A stretch of DNA of 64,000 bases from a virus (lineage: Duplodnaviria > Caudoviricetes), in IMG/VR virus record IMGVR_UViG_3300037424_000485, positions 1-64,000 of that record. The stretch is one strand, 5' to 3'. Position numbers and translations under genes: made by a program. The first letter of the stretch is position 1, and the number at the start of each line of letters is the position of its first letter. This document shows positions 19,410 to 28,830 of the stretch, in pieces. The notes under the pieces were generated by a model. That model saw only the letters and a list, made by a program, of their open reading frames with translations. It was not told the origin of the DNA and did not search any database.

Positions 19410-20020
19410 AAACTGATATTATTGATACGTTAAGGCGTGATTGTCAGCCTTTCATAAAAGAAATGAAAGGCACTACTGGTATACCTACAAGATATACAAG
19501 TAATAATATAAAATATCTAGAAAAATTAGAGGTTAGAAAGGATCGTAAACCTCTAGATACTCCTAGAGGTGTTCATGAGTATCTAGATAGTTTATTTAAT
19601 AAATATTTTGGATGGAAAGGAAGATCAGAAGGTTTGTTTGTATGGTCACATAAACTTACTATGCCAAGACAAACATATCTTGTATTTCCAATAGGAAAAT
19701 ATAGGTATGTATACTCAGATGATGTGCCGGATTTATTCGCAATACTTGCAGATAATATATTTTTATACACAGACAAAGAATTAGAAAAACTTACACATAT
19801 AGGTAGTAGAGGAATACCTAAAGAAAAATGGAATGATGCTGTTAAAGATAAAGAAAGACAAGAAAAACTTGAAAAGTTAGTTAAAACTTATAAATCAAAA
19901 GGGCTTAAAGAATTATCTTCAAAAAGCATGTCTCCAATTGAAGTAATGATAGATTGTAAAGAATATTATCTTAGAGATATACAGTTTTCTAATCTTATAA
20001 TGGATAGGTTGTTGCGATAA
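19376..20020 (+). CDS. Capsid-targeted internal protein, ART-like paralogue 2 (probable ATT start)
   Basis: Frame of 19463..20020 extends upstream to IKLQKYLKE...RDCQPFIKE, matching its paralogues. Confidence 0.55.
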   Translation: MKLQKYLKEDIETDIIDTLRRDCQPFIKEMKGTTGIPTRYTSNNIKYLEKLEVRKDRKPLDTPRGVHEYLDSLFNKYFGWKGRSEGLFVWSHKLTMPRQTYLVFPIGKYRYVYSDDVPDLFAILADNIFLYTDKELEKLTHIGSRGIPKEKWNDAVKDKERQEKLEKLVKTYKSKGLKELSSKSMSPIEVMIDCKEYYLRDIQFSNLIMDRLLR

Positions 20021-20022
20021 AT

Positions 20023-20640
20023 ATGAAACTACAAAAATACCTAACAGAAAAATATAGAAATGAGACTAAAGATATTGATAAGATATATGATAAGTTAAAA
20101 AAAGACTGTGCTCCTTATATATCTATGCTTAAATCAAACAACATAAAGCCGTTTATAAAAGGTATTATGAAAAATCAAAGTGGTCTTATAAAAAAAGACA
20201 CACAAGCTTATAGATCTCCAAGAGGTATGATGCCATGGGTTGCTGATGAATTTAATAGATGGTTGGAGAAGAATAAACACAATACAAGAAATGGATCTGT
20301 TATAGCCACAAGTAATAGAAAAGTTGCTGAAGATTTTGGTATATTATATTGGGTATTCCCCATTGGAGAGTTAAAATATACATGGGTAGATACAAAAGAT
20401 ATAAATGTTACAGATCCTAGAACTGGATGGTATAATTTTGCGGTAGAGGATTATCTTAATTTTACAGGCCCCGAAGATCATCGTGTACAGAAAATGAAAA
20501 AACCTTTTCCAGATTATTTCCACACTAACAAAGATATAAAAAAAGCATATAATTATTGGAATGAGATATGGTTTAGCTGTGATAAATATTATATATTAAT
20601 GATAAATGATGATGTTGAAGACATAATGAGCAGGTTATAA
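20023..20640 (+). CDS. Capsid-targeted internal protein, ART-like paralogue 3
   Basis: MKLQKYLTE; KDCAPYI, VIATS, FG..YWVFPIG, NEIWF. Confidence 0.6.
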   Translation: MKLQKYLTEKYRNETKDIDKIYDKLKKDCAPYISMLKSNNIKPFIKGIMKNQSGLIKKDTQAYRSPRGMMPWVADEFNRWLEKNKHNTRNGSVIATSNRKVAEDFGILYWVFPIGELKYTWVDTKDINVTDPRTGWYNFAVEDYLNFTGPEDHRVQKMKKPFPDYFHTNKDIKKAYNYWNEIWFSCDKYYILMINDDVEDIMSRL

Positions 20641-20642
20641 GA

Positions 20643-21071
20643 ATGAGATTTAATAAATACATATTAGAAGATGGCAAGATAGTAGGCCATATAGATCTAC
20701 CAGTTGACGATAAAATAACAAGGCAAGACCTATCCCTTTTAGAAAAGATACTAGATCAACTTTTTAAAAACCTTGATATAGATATTGAATTTACTAAGCA
20801 CTTTTTTGATAGGGTTAATGATCCAAGAAACAAGCAACAGATTCAATTTTCAGAGCTTCATTCTCTGTTCACAAAAACGTATGTGAAATTTGGACAACAA
20901 CTATCAAAAATGAGTGACGGAGTTCAGGGAGTTCTTGACGATATACAAGATGATATTAATATTCCTTTTGTTCTTAAATGGAATGAGAAGAGTAAAATGA
21001 TAGAGCTAGTTAATGTGACTGTAATGAGAAAAAAGAATTTTAAAACAAGGGATAGGATATTTAAAATATAA
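20643..21071 (+). CDS. Capsid-targeted internal protein of unknown function
   Basis: MRFNKYILE; DIEFTKHFFDRVNDPRN. Confidence 0.6.
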   Translation: MRFNKYILEDGKIVGHIDLPVDDKITRQDLSLLEKILDQLFKNLDIDIEFTKHFFDRVNDPRNKQQIQFSELHSLFTKTYVKFGQQLSKMSDGVQGVLDDIQDDINIPFVLKWNEKSKMIELVNVTVMRKKNFKTRDRIFKI

Positions 21072-22057
21072 TGAAAATAATACAAGAACACCGATATACT
21101 CTAAAAGAGGCTAAAGAAGAAAAAAAGAAAGAAAAAACAACTAATAAAAAGATTGTTATTCTTACTACTCGTAATACCGATGATCCAGATCCAAAGATTG
21201 TGTATTTTGAGACAGTGAAAGCATTGGTAGATATTATGGAGGAGAGGGGTATAGAATACTATGTACTTTTTACAGAAAACGCCTTCGTCACCAATGAAGA
21301 TGGTGTTATCACCATTTATAATGTTGATGATAAAAAAGGTATGGTTATATCTCCTAAAAACACTATAGTTATCAATAGAAATACTACTGGTGGTGGTCTT
21401 GGATCGTCTGGTATTACTATCCAGCTTGAGAAGAATAACTTTACATGCATTAACTCAAAAGAGTGTATTGATACATGTAGTGATAAATATAGAACATGTT
21501 TGAGACTGGCAGAGAAGGGTATACCAGTTCCAAGGACATTATTAATTCAAGATGAGTTAACCTTTGATAGACTGAAAGGAGAGATAAAATATCCTGTTGT
21601 TGTTAAAACCCTTACAGGATCACAAGGCATAGGCGTTTTTATATCAGAATCAGCTATGAATCTTAAATCTGTTCTTCAAGCAATATGGTCTATTGATGAC
21701 GGAGTAGAGGTGTTATTGCAGGATTTTATTGAAGCCGATGGTGATATAAGAGCTTGGTTCATTGAGAATGAATTAATAGCTGCAATGAAGAGAGTTAAGA
21801 TAGATGGTGATTTCAGATCTAATTTTAGTCTAGGTGGTAAGACAGAGAAAGTTATAATGACACCAGAACAACTAGCTATATGTAAAAAGGTTGTTAGGAT
21901 TGTAGATGGAAAGCTCCTTGGTATTGATCTTATGATTAATGAGAAGGGAGAACCATTTGTTTTAGAGGTTAATTCATCACCTGGAACTACAGGCATTACA
22001 GAGGCTTCAGGTGTTCCAGTAGCTGAAAAAATTGTAGACTACTTGATGTCATTATGA
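21071..22057 (+). CDS. rimK: RimK-family ATP-grasp ligase
   Basis: DKYRTCLRL, YPVVVKTLTGSQGIGV, LLQDFI, DIR, FRSNFSLGG, GIDL, LEVNSSPG. Confidence 0.85.
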   Translation: MKIIQEHRYTLKEAKEEKKKEKTTNKKIVILTTRNTDDPDPKIVYFETVKALVDIMEERGIEYYVLFTENAFVTNEDGVITIYNVDDKKGMVISPKNTIVINRNTTGGGLGSSGITIQLEKNNFTCINSKECIDTCSDKYRTCLRLAEKGIPVPRTLLIQDELTFDRLKGEIKYPVVVKTLTGSQGIGVFISESAMNLKSVLQAIWSIDDGVEVLLQDFIEADGDIRAWFIENELIAAMKRVKIDGDFRSNFSLGGKTEKVIMTPEQLAICKKVVRIVDGKLLGIDLMINEKGEPFVLEVNSSPGTTGITEASGVPVAEKIVDYLMSL

Positions 22058-22857
22058 GATTTAATCAATACATATTATCAGAGGGAAGGGGAAAACCACT
22101 AAAGAAGGCAATGGCTCTTGAATATATTAAAACACACTGCAAGAAAGCTCTTGAGGAATACTATAAAGGCCATATTATATACAGAGGTATTGATAATACG
22201 GATATAGCTTCAGCATTTGAAATAACAGGAAAATCAACAACACCTAGAAAGTCTGCAAACACCACAAATCATTATACATTATTGATAGACAACCTTCCAT
22301 CATGGAGGGGATTTCCTAAGAGAAGTCAGTCTATCATATGTAGCACGTCTAATGATAAAGCTAGTATGTACGGTGAGGTGTTTGTGGTCTTCCCTATCGA
22401 TGGTGCTAAGATAGGCATATGCCCTGAAGATGATATATTCTTTTCTTTTAAGTTTATGAAAGGCGAGACTATGAGGACTTTTAATAATTCCATTAATAAT
22501 ATAATGGAGTTAGTGAGTGGTTTGAAACTTGGGAATACGGATGCTAGTTGGGCTGTAATGATGAAGTATTTTAAAGGTATTGATGATGTAATGAAGCCAT
22601 TAAGTGCTGATGAGAGAAAAGAGATGACATCTCGCATATTTGGTGCTAAGATTGTTTTAGATGGTTATGACCCTGAAAAAGGAATTTTTGTACATCTCAA
22701 TGAAGTTATGGCCCCAAGAGAAAACAATTTTAGACTAATTCAATCTGGTGGGGTTATACCATATGATAAAGAAGTATGGATTGAAGACAAGTGTATTTTA
22801 ATTGATGAATATATGATTAAGACATCAACAAAAGAAAAAAGATTGGAACTAAAATGA
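22054..22857 (+). CDS. Capsid-targeted internal protein, ART-like paralogue 4
   Basis: MRFNQYILSE; IIYRG, IICSTS, MYG.VFVVFP, KEVWI. Confidence 0.65.
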   Translation: MRFNQYILSEGRGKPLKKAMALEYIKTHCKKALEEYYKGHIIYRGIDNTDIASAFEITGKSTTPRKSANTTNHYTLLIDNLPSWRGFPKRSQSIICSTSNDKASMYGEVFVVFPIDGAKIGICPEDDIFFSFKFMKGETMRTFNNSINNIMELVSGLKLGNTDASWAVMMKYFKGIDDVMKPLSADERKEMTSRIFGAKIVLDGYDPEKGIFVHLNEVMAPRENNFRLIQSGGVIPYDKEVWIEDKCILIDEYMIKTSTKEKRLELK

Positions 22858-23576
22858 AATACAATACATTTTTAAATGAATCTATACAAGATATTGGCAT
22901 CCTTAAAGCCGTTTTTATGGGTGGTGTTCCAGGAGGAGGAAAATCCTACGTATTAAAGAAACTTACTAATGCTAAGATAGAGCCAAGAATTGTGAATACT
23001 GATATTTGGACTGAATTTTTAAAAGTTGGTGGTGATAACCAAATATGGATGGATAATGCTGATAAAACCAAACATCTTACCAAGGCTCAGTTAACACATT
23101 ACATTAACTCTATGCTTCCTTTATGGGTAGACGGTACAAGCAATAAGGCCAGCTCTTTATTCACTAGAGAAGGGGCCTTAAAATCAGTTGGTTATGATAC
23201 CGCTATGGTATGGGTAACTACAACACTAGAAACAGCACAGAGAAGAGCTAAAGAGCGTGAAAAAGCTATTGGAAGACATGTAGACCCTAAATTCATAGAA
23301 GAGTTATGGAGCAAAGCAAATAAGATGAAAGACTACTATAAGAGCCATTTTGATGTGTTCCTTGAGGTACATAATGATGATGGCGATCTTAACGATAAAG
23401 TAGTGCTTGATGGATTTAGAAAGATGACATCGTTTTATACATCACCTATTAGGAATCCTATCGGTATTGAATTAAAAGAAAAAATGATAAAAAATGGATG
23501 GAAGTATCTTAACGATACTGATATGTATGACATTGGGGATTTAAATAAAGTAGTTTCAAACTGGTATAAACATTAA
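22854..23576 (+). CDS. Capsid-targeted P-loop kinase (zeta-toxin/AAA_33-like)
   Basis: MKYNTFLNE; Walker A GGVPGGGKS, WVDGT, RAKERE..GRHV. Confidence 0.75.
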   Translation: MKYNTFLNESIQDIGILKAVFMGGVPGGGKSYVLKKLTNAKIEPRIVNTDIWTEFLKVGGDNQIWMDNADKTKHLTKAQLTHYINSMLPLWVDGTSNKASSLFTREGALKSVGYDTAMVWVTTTLETAQRRAKEREKAIGRHVDPKFIEELWSKANKMKDYYKSHFDVFLEVHNDDGDLNDKVVLDGFRKMTSFYTSPIRNPIGIELKEKMIKNGWKYLNDTDMYDIGDLNKVVSNWYKH

Positions 23577-23585
23577 GGAAGTAAT

Positions 23586-23918
23586 ATGAGCAATCTAAAA
23601 GATCATTTAAACAAGCAACAATTAACAGAGTCTAAAAGTCTGTTCGATATTATATCAACATTCTTTAATGATTTCACTGGTTTTATGTCATTCTCTATTA
23701 AGGCCAGGAAAGCCACGAAAGAGTATCAGATTAAGGTAAAAAATACTGCTGACTCTGAAGGAAATATGACAATAAATCAAGTAAATGCTCTTGTTAATGA
23801 ATATGTAAAAACCTTAGAATCTCTTGTAAAAGGTTCTAAAGTATCTAAAGGAGTTACTGACGCATTCATGGCTGATATCTATAAAGAGATAGAAGATTCA
23901 AGAAAGGGATGGACATAA
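23586..23918 (+). CDS. Hypothetical protein (variant targeting motif ..QQLTE)
   Basis: 110-aa ORF with AAGGA RBS. Confidence 0.5.
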   Translation: MSNLKDHLNKQQLTESKSLFDIISTFFNDFTGFMSFSIKARKATKEYQIKVKNTADSEGNMTINQVNALVNEYVKTLESLVKGSKVSKGVTDAFMADIYKEIEDSRKGWT

Positions 23919-23944
23919 TACAAAAAATGTAATATAGTTGTGTT

Positions 23945-24139
23945 ATGAAAAAATCTACTGATCAAAAAATGTTATATGACAAGCAAGTAATTTGTGAGTT
24001 AAGTTTGTTATGGTGTCCACAGAAAAACTATTGTGATGGTGCAAAACCACACCTATTCCAAAAAGATAAATGCGGAAAATGTCCTATTGATAAAGATACT
24101 GTATGTGTAGAGTATAAAGAAAAAAGAACACATACCTAA
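23945..24139 (+). CDS. Small Cys-rich hypothetical protein
   Basis: 64 aa with 6 Cys. Confidence 0.4.
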   Translation: MKKSTDQKMLYDKQVICELSLLWCPQKNYCDGAKPHLFQKDKCGKCPIDKDTVCVEYKEKRTHT

Positions 24140-24201
24140 ACCACTTTATATCATATATGCCTATGTGTGGATATGATAGAAAAATATGATAATGTTATAT
24201 T

Positions 24202-24765
24202 ATGACTTTAGATATCAGATCACATTTACTAAGCAGGAATGTAGATTTCAGCATTGATAGGGTATATGTCAATGAAGAATTAAATACAGCTACATTTATG
24301 TTATTTAATCTAAGCTCTCAAATTGTTGGATATCAACATTACAATCCCAAGGGCCTTAAAGGTAGAAGATCGACTACCAAAAACGTTGATGTCCGTGACC
24401 TGAAATATCATTCTAGAATTACCAAAATTGATAATATTCCTATGCTTGCTGTATATGGGTTAGAGTCATTTGATTTTAATCTTCCCTATCTATTCCTTCT
24501 ACAAGGAATATTTGATTATGTTAAACTCCATAGACTAGGATTAAATGCTATAGCTGTTATTGCTAACAACCCAATTCATCTCTATAGCTGGTTGGAAATA
24601 TTACCACAGAAAAAGATAGCCATTACTGATAATGATGAAAATAATGCTGGTGATATGCTAAGTAAGTACGGTGATGATTCATACATGGTGCCTTTACTTG
24701 GCAATGATTTGGGTGATATGAGTCTATTACAGGTAAAAGAGTTTATTAGTCTTATAGATTACTAA
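24202..24765 (+). CDS. Stand-alone Toprim/primase-like protein
   Basis: IVGYQHYNP...YGLESF...LQGIFD...AITDND; canonical EG replaced by QG. Confidence 0.65.
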   Translation: MTLDIRSHLLSRNVDFSIDRVYVNEELNTATFMLFNLSSQIVGYQHYNPKGLKGRRSTTKNVDVRDLKYHSRITKIDNIPMLAVYGLESFDFNLPYLFLLQGIFDYVKLHRLGLNAIAVIANNPIHLYSWLEILPQKKIAITDNDENNAGDMLSKYGDDSYMVPLLGNDLGDMSLLQVKEFISLIDY

Positions 24766-24786
24766 TACTTAATAATATACAATAAA

Positions 24787-24826
24787 TATAAAACCATAAA
24801 CTCAATAAAGATTTTATGGTTTTATA
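24787..24826. terminator. AT-rich 14-bp hairpin (probable terminator) before late promoter 24837-24844
   Basis: TATAAAACCATAAA/TTTATGGTTTTATA. Confidence 0.6.
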
Positions 24827-24879
24827 TTTTAATTTATATAAATAATATAAAGATGTTTTAATAAAAAAAGGAGAATGAT

Positions 24880-25083
24880 ATGACCACTAAAAAAATACAC
24901 ATAGAAGATCCAATATTTGAAAAGGGAGATAAAGTTTATTTCCATGATAAAGATAAAATTCTACATGAAGATGGTATAATAACAGATCTAGAGATTCTTA
25001 CAGATTATATAGTATATACTGTTGAAGAAAAAGATAAAACATATCAATGTAGATGGCCTGATATATACATAAACAGCATATGA
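24880..25083 (+). CDS. Small SH3-like hypothetical protein
   Basis: FEKGDKVYF motif; AGGAG RBS. Confidence 0.5.
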   Translation: MTTKKIHIEDPIFEKGDKVYFHDKDKILHEDGIITDLEILTDYIVYTVEEKDKTYQCRWPDIYINSI

Positions 25084-25793
25084 AACTACAACAATATCTC
25101 ATAGAAGATAATAAAATAGAAATAATACATAGGGGCATAACAGCTGTTTATGATAACTGTATGCCGTTTATTAAAGATCTAGTAAAGGGTGGGTTTGACA
25201 ACACCCATAGACAGGATGATCTTCTATATAGTGGGAGGAATAAAACAATTCCTATGTTTAGTTCTGAGATAAGAAAAAACAGAAGACCAAAAGATATGCA
25301 ACCTTTCCGTCATGACACATATGACAGACTTTTTAATGATAAATTTGGTGTTAAGGTCAGGAGCAATTCATTATTTTGCACTGGCAATTACACAGAAGCA
25401 CTCAGTTATGGCAGCGGTCTTGCATATTTGATATTTCCTATTGGTCAGTATAAGGTTATATGGTCTGATAAGGTAAGAGATCTTTATACTGATTATATAG
25501 CAAATAAAGTATTTGAAAAATATCCTTCTATGATAGATCCAACACCACCAAGCAGAGAAGAAATAAAAAAGCTAGATCAAGAGCTTAACAAAATGATCAT
25601 ATCAACTTACCATGATGGTAAGTTGATGGGTGCTATTAGATCTGGTCATGAGATAATGTTAAGTGGTAAGGGATATATAGGATTAGATTATGATCTGTTT
25701 AGTAATCAACTTAAATTCTATATTACCAATTTCAAAACTAAAAAACCTACTCCTGAAATTCTAAATCAATTAACGGATTTATGGCCTATATGA
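25080..25793 (+). CDS. Capsid-targeted internal protein, ART-like paralogue 5
   Basis: MKLQQYLIE; LLYSG, LFCTG, YG..AYLIFPIG, HEIML. Confidence 0.6.
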   Translation: MKLQQYLIEDNKIEIIHRGITAVYDNCMPFIKDLVKGGFDNTHRQDDLLYSGRNKTIPMFSSEIRKNRRPKDMQPFRHDTYDRLFNDKFGVKVRSNSLFCTGNYTEALSYGSGLAYLIFPIGQYKVIWSDKVRDLYTDYIANKVFEKYPSMIDPTPPSREEIKKLDQELNKMIISTYHDGKLMGAIRSGHEIMLSGKGYIGLDYDLFSNQLKFYITNFKTKKPTPEILNQLTDLWPI

Positions 25794-26620
25794 AACTAAA
25801 ACAATATTTAAAAGAAAGCAGGAGTGATTCAATAGAAAAATTTGAGGCTATCGATTATATAAAAAAGAATTGTAAAAAAGCTCTTGATCGTGTTAAAAAA
25901 GGAGATATTATATATAGGGGTATGAGACAAGATAGCGACAACACATATCTTTTCATAGATCCCACCAAAGGAAATCCTAGGGTATCTGCAAACACATCAA
26001 ATCATACCACTCTTATAATAGATAACTCGCCAAAATGGAAGAGCTACCCTAAAAGAAGTCGATCTATCATATGTAGCACAGATAAAGCATATACTCACGG
26101 ATTTGGTAATATGACCTATATAGTTTTTCCATATGATAGTTGTACTTATGGTGTATGTCCCACTACAGATATATGGGGTTCATTTATGAAAACTACTAAA
26201 GCATATATTGATCAATTTAATGAGCGTTTAGATTTTACTATTAAAATGTCTATTGATGAGAAGAGTATTGTTACAGATAAGTCATGGGATTCCCTAAAAT
26301 CTTTTCTTAAAATATCATCTGACAGCATTAATTTAGAATTTAATAGAATAAGAAATATGGATAGCGGTATACAGAGTGATGATGCTATAAGAAAGTATAT
26401 TTCAGGTATTACTTTTGATGGTGTAATTAAATTATATCTTATCAATGCCTTCGATAAAAAAGAAAAAGTTGATATGCTTCAATTTGTTATAGATATTATA
26501 GACCCTGTAAAAAATAACTTCTCTAATAAATACAAAAATATACAATCTGAAGTATGGATTGGCGGTGCTCCATGTATTCTTGTTGATGCAGATTATAAAT
26601 CACTGATAGATATTATATAA
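25790..26620 (+). CDS. Capsid-targeted internal protein, ART-like paralogue 6
   Basis: MKLKQYLKE (ATGA overlap at 25790); IIYRG, IICST, FG..YIVFP, QSEVWI. Confidence 0.65.
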   Translation: MKLKQYLKESRSDSIEKFEAIDYIKKNCKKALDRVKKGDIIYRGMRQDSDNTYLFIDPTKGNPRVSANTSNHTTLIIDNSPKWKSYPKRSRSIICSTDKAYTHGFGNMTYIVFPYDSCTYGVCPTTDIWGSFMKTTKAYIDQFNERLDFTIKMSIDEKSIVTDKSWDSLKSFLKISSDSINLEFNRIRNMDSGIQSDDAIRKYISGITFDGVIKLYLINAFDKKEKVDMLQFVIDIIDPVKNNFSNKYKNIQSEVWIGGAPCILVDADYKSLIDII

Positions 26621-26749
26621 TGGATGATAAAGAGATAAGAATAACAGTATGTAAAGATTGTCTCTATAATATGGAAGATGACCATTGTATGATATACTCG
26701 CAATGTCATATAGATTATATTAAAAAGTCTTGTAAAAAGAAGGTAAAGC

Positions 26750-27406
26750 ATGAAATTTAAACAATATTTGATAGAAGATTTATTAACAGAGTATTATAAT
26801 GGTGATTATTTTTTAGATTGTAATGAAAATGTCACACTACCAGCAGAGATAATACCTAAAAATACTGTAAAGGCATATAAGCTATTTCGTACAAAAGGCA
26901 ATAAAATTTATCCATTATATGTTGATGCTAATACTCCTATTCCTGTAGGTAAATGGGTGGAAGCAGAAGTAGGGCCAATGACAGATAAAGGAAAGGTCAA
27001 ATCCAAACTAGGCCCACTGGCATTTAGACCTGGGTTTCATTCTGGTGATATGCCTATGGCTACACATATTGGTGGATTGATTAAAGGATCTATTAAGCCA
27101 GCATATAGGCCAGACAATCAAGTTTGGGCTGAAGTATTGGTTCCTGCTGATGTTGATTGGCAGGAAGAAGCTAATAAAAGAGCACAGAAAACAAAAGATG
27201 GAAAAATTATATCACGGACAGCTCAGATATCAGATCAAATACCAACAGGTGGTTATTACAAATATAAAACAAATTCTAATATGACAGGATCGTGGCTGAT
27301 TAGTGGTGCTATGAAAGTGCTTAAAATATTATCTGATGAAGAGGTTGAAAAAATAAATAAAAAATTTGGTGTTTCTGACCTACCAAGACTATCAGCTTTA
27401 AAGTAA
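26750..27406 (+). CDS. Capsid-targeted internal protein of unknown function
   Basis: MKFKQYLIE; AYKLF...IYPLY...LAFRPGFH. Confidence 0.6.
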   Translation: MKFKQYLIEDLLTEYYNGDYFLDCNENVTLPAEIIPKNTVKAYKLFRTKGNKIYPLYVDANTPIPVGKWVEAEVGPMTDKGKVKSKLGPLAFRPGFHSGDMPMATHIGGLIKGSIKPAYRPDNQVWAEVLVPADVDWQEEANKRAQKTKDGKIISRTAQISDQIPTGGYYKYKTNSNMTGSWLISGAMKVLKILSDEEVEKINKKFGVSDLPRLSALK

Positions 27407-27426
27407 TATTATAAGGAATTTTATAA

Positions 27427-28182
27427 ATGAAATTTAAACAATACTTAAAAGAAGACTTCTTTGATAATGGTGGAGCACCAGAAGCTTTTAAAAAACTAGA
27501 AGATAGGTCTATAGCCAAAGCATATACATATCTATTTCTCACATTAAAGAAGCCAATAGGTATATTACCAACCCTTCTAAAATACCTCAAAAAACACCTT
27601 CATACGCCTCTAGACAATCTATCTTATAAGTCAGGAGAGCAAGGCAATCTAGCCGTGTATTCCCCATCTATGGACTCTGTACAGTTAAATTTAACAGCAA
27701 TGAAAAAATTATCATCACCTAGAGGTGTTAAGGTTACCAATCTACAAGACCGTTTGGCAAATGCAAAAGAAAATCTTAAAAAATGGGAAAAGTTTCAGAG
27801 CAAAGCGAAATCACCAAAAGATGTAAAGACAGGCAGAGGTGGTTATAGTAAAACATCATCAATTATTATCCATTTAGAAGACAAGATAAGAAGGGGAGAT
27901 ATTCCAGTACCCTATAATTCATTTGACTATGCTAAAGACTCAGAACAAGTTCTTGAGATGATAATAGTCCATGAGTTGGGGCATAGATATTGGCACAAGA
28001 AGCTTGGAGGAAGTGATTCAAAAATACATGTTTTTTACAACCAAAAACAATTCCCATCTGAATACTCAAAGATTAACATTACTGAGTATTTTGCGGAACT
28101 ATATTCATTAACAAAGGTTGGTCTGATTGACAAAGCTGATATATCTAATGAGGTTAAAACATATATGAAGAGTTTGAAATGA
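27427..28182 (+). CDS. Capsid-targeted zincin-like metallopeptidase
   Basis: MKFKQYLKE; HELGH followed by EYFAE. Confidence 0.65.
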   Translation: MKFKQYLKEDFFDNGGAPEAFKKLEDRSIAKAYTYLFLTLKKPIGILPTLLKYLKKHLHTPLDNLSYKSGEQGNLAVYSPSMDSVQLNLTAMKKLSSPRGVKVTNLQDRLANAKENLKKWEKFQSKAKSPKDVKTGRGGYSKTSSIIIHLEDKIRRGDIPVPYNSFDYAKDSEQVLEMIIVHELGHRYWHKKLGGSDSKIHVFYNQKQFPSEYSKINITEYFAELYSLTKVGLIDKADISNEVKTYMKSLK

Positions 28183-28826
28183 AATTTAAACAATATCTCA
28201 CAGAGATGGAAGATGCTGGCACTGGTGGTAAAGCCTTTGAGAAGGTTTTTATGGGTGCTTGTGATCTTATTGGCCTTCAGTATGAGAAAAATGGTGTTAA
28301 TGGTAGAGGTTGGGATATAAAACCTATTGGTGATGGCTGGACAAGAATTATTAGTAGTATGGATGTAAATATCAAGGTTGCTAATACCAAATGGCTTTTT
28401 AGTTCCACTGAGCTAACAAATATTGTGCCATGGGATGGTATTGATGATAACTATGATGAAAAAAGTGTTATCAATAGGATAAAAGACATATTTAAAAGAA
28501 TTGGTCTACCTCAGACAGTATTCTTAAAGCCAAAAACAGATGCCATTCAAGATAAGATAACAGATGCTGTTAAAGGTAAAGATATCATAGAGTTAGAGAA
28601 GATATTTGTTAGCAATAATTTCTATGCTGAGAAGTTAGGAAGAAATTACAATATAAGAATATCTGTACATGATGATGGTAAAATAGGATCTATAGCAATT
28701 GATAAAAGTGGTAAGGTGTTCATGAGATCTGAGAGGCCCAGAAAGCTAGGTGGTTCTGTATCTGTTACATTCAGAACACCAACACCAAAATTAAACAAGA
28801 CAGAAAGACCTATTAAGTTGAGATAA
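28179..28826 (+). CDS. Capsid-targeted protein, possible PD-(D/E)xK nuclease fold
   Basis: MKFKQYLTE; AFE...WDI...VNIK. Confidence 0.45.
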   Translation: MKFKQYLTEMEDAGTGGKAFEKVFMGACDLIGLQYEKNGVNGRGWDIKPIGDGWTRIISSMDVNIKVANTKWLFSSTELTNIVPWDGIDDNYDEKSVINRIKDIFKRIGLPQTVFLKPKTDAIQDKITDAVKGKDIIELEKIFVSNNFYAEKLGRNYNIRISVHDDGKIGSIAIDKSGKVFMRSERPRKLGGSVSVTFRTPTPKLNKTERPIKLR

Positions 28827-28830
28827 CATT

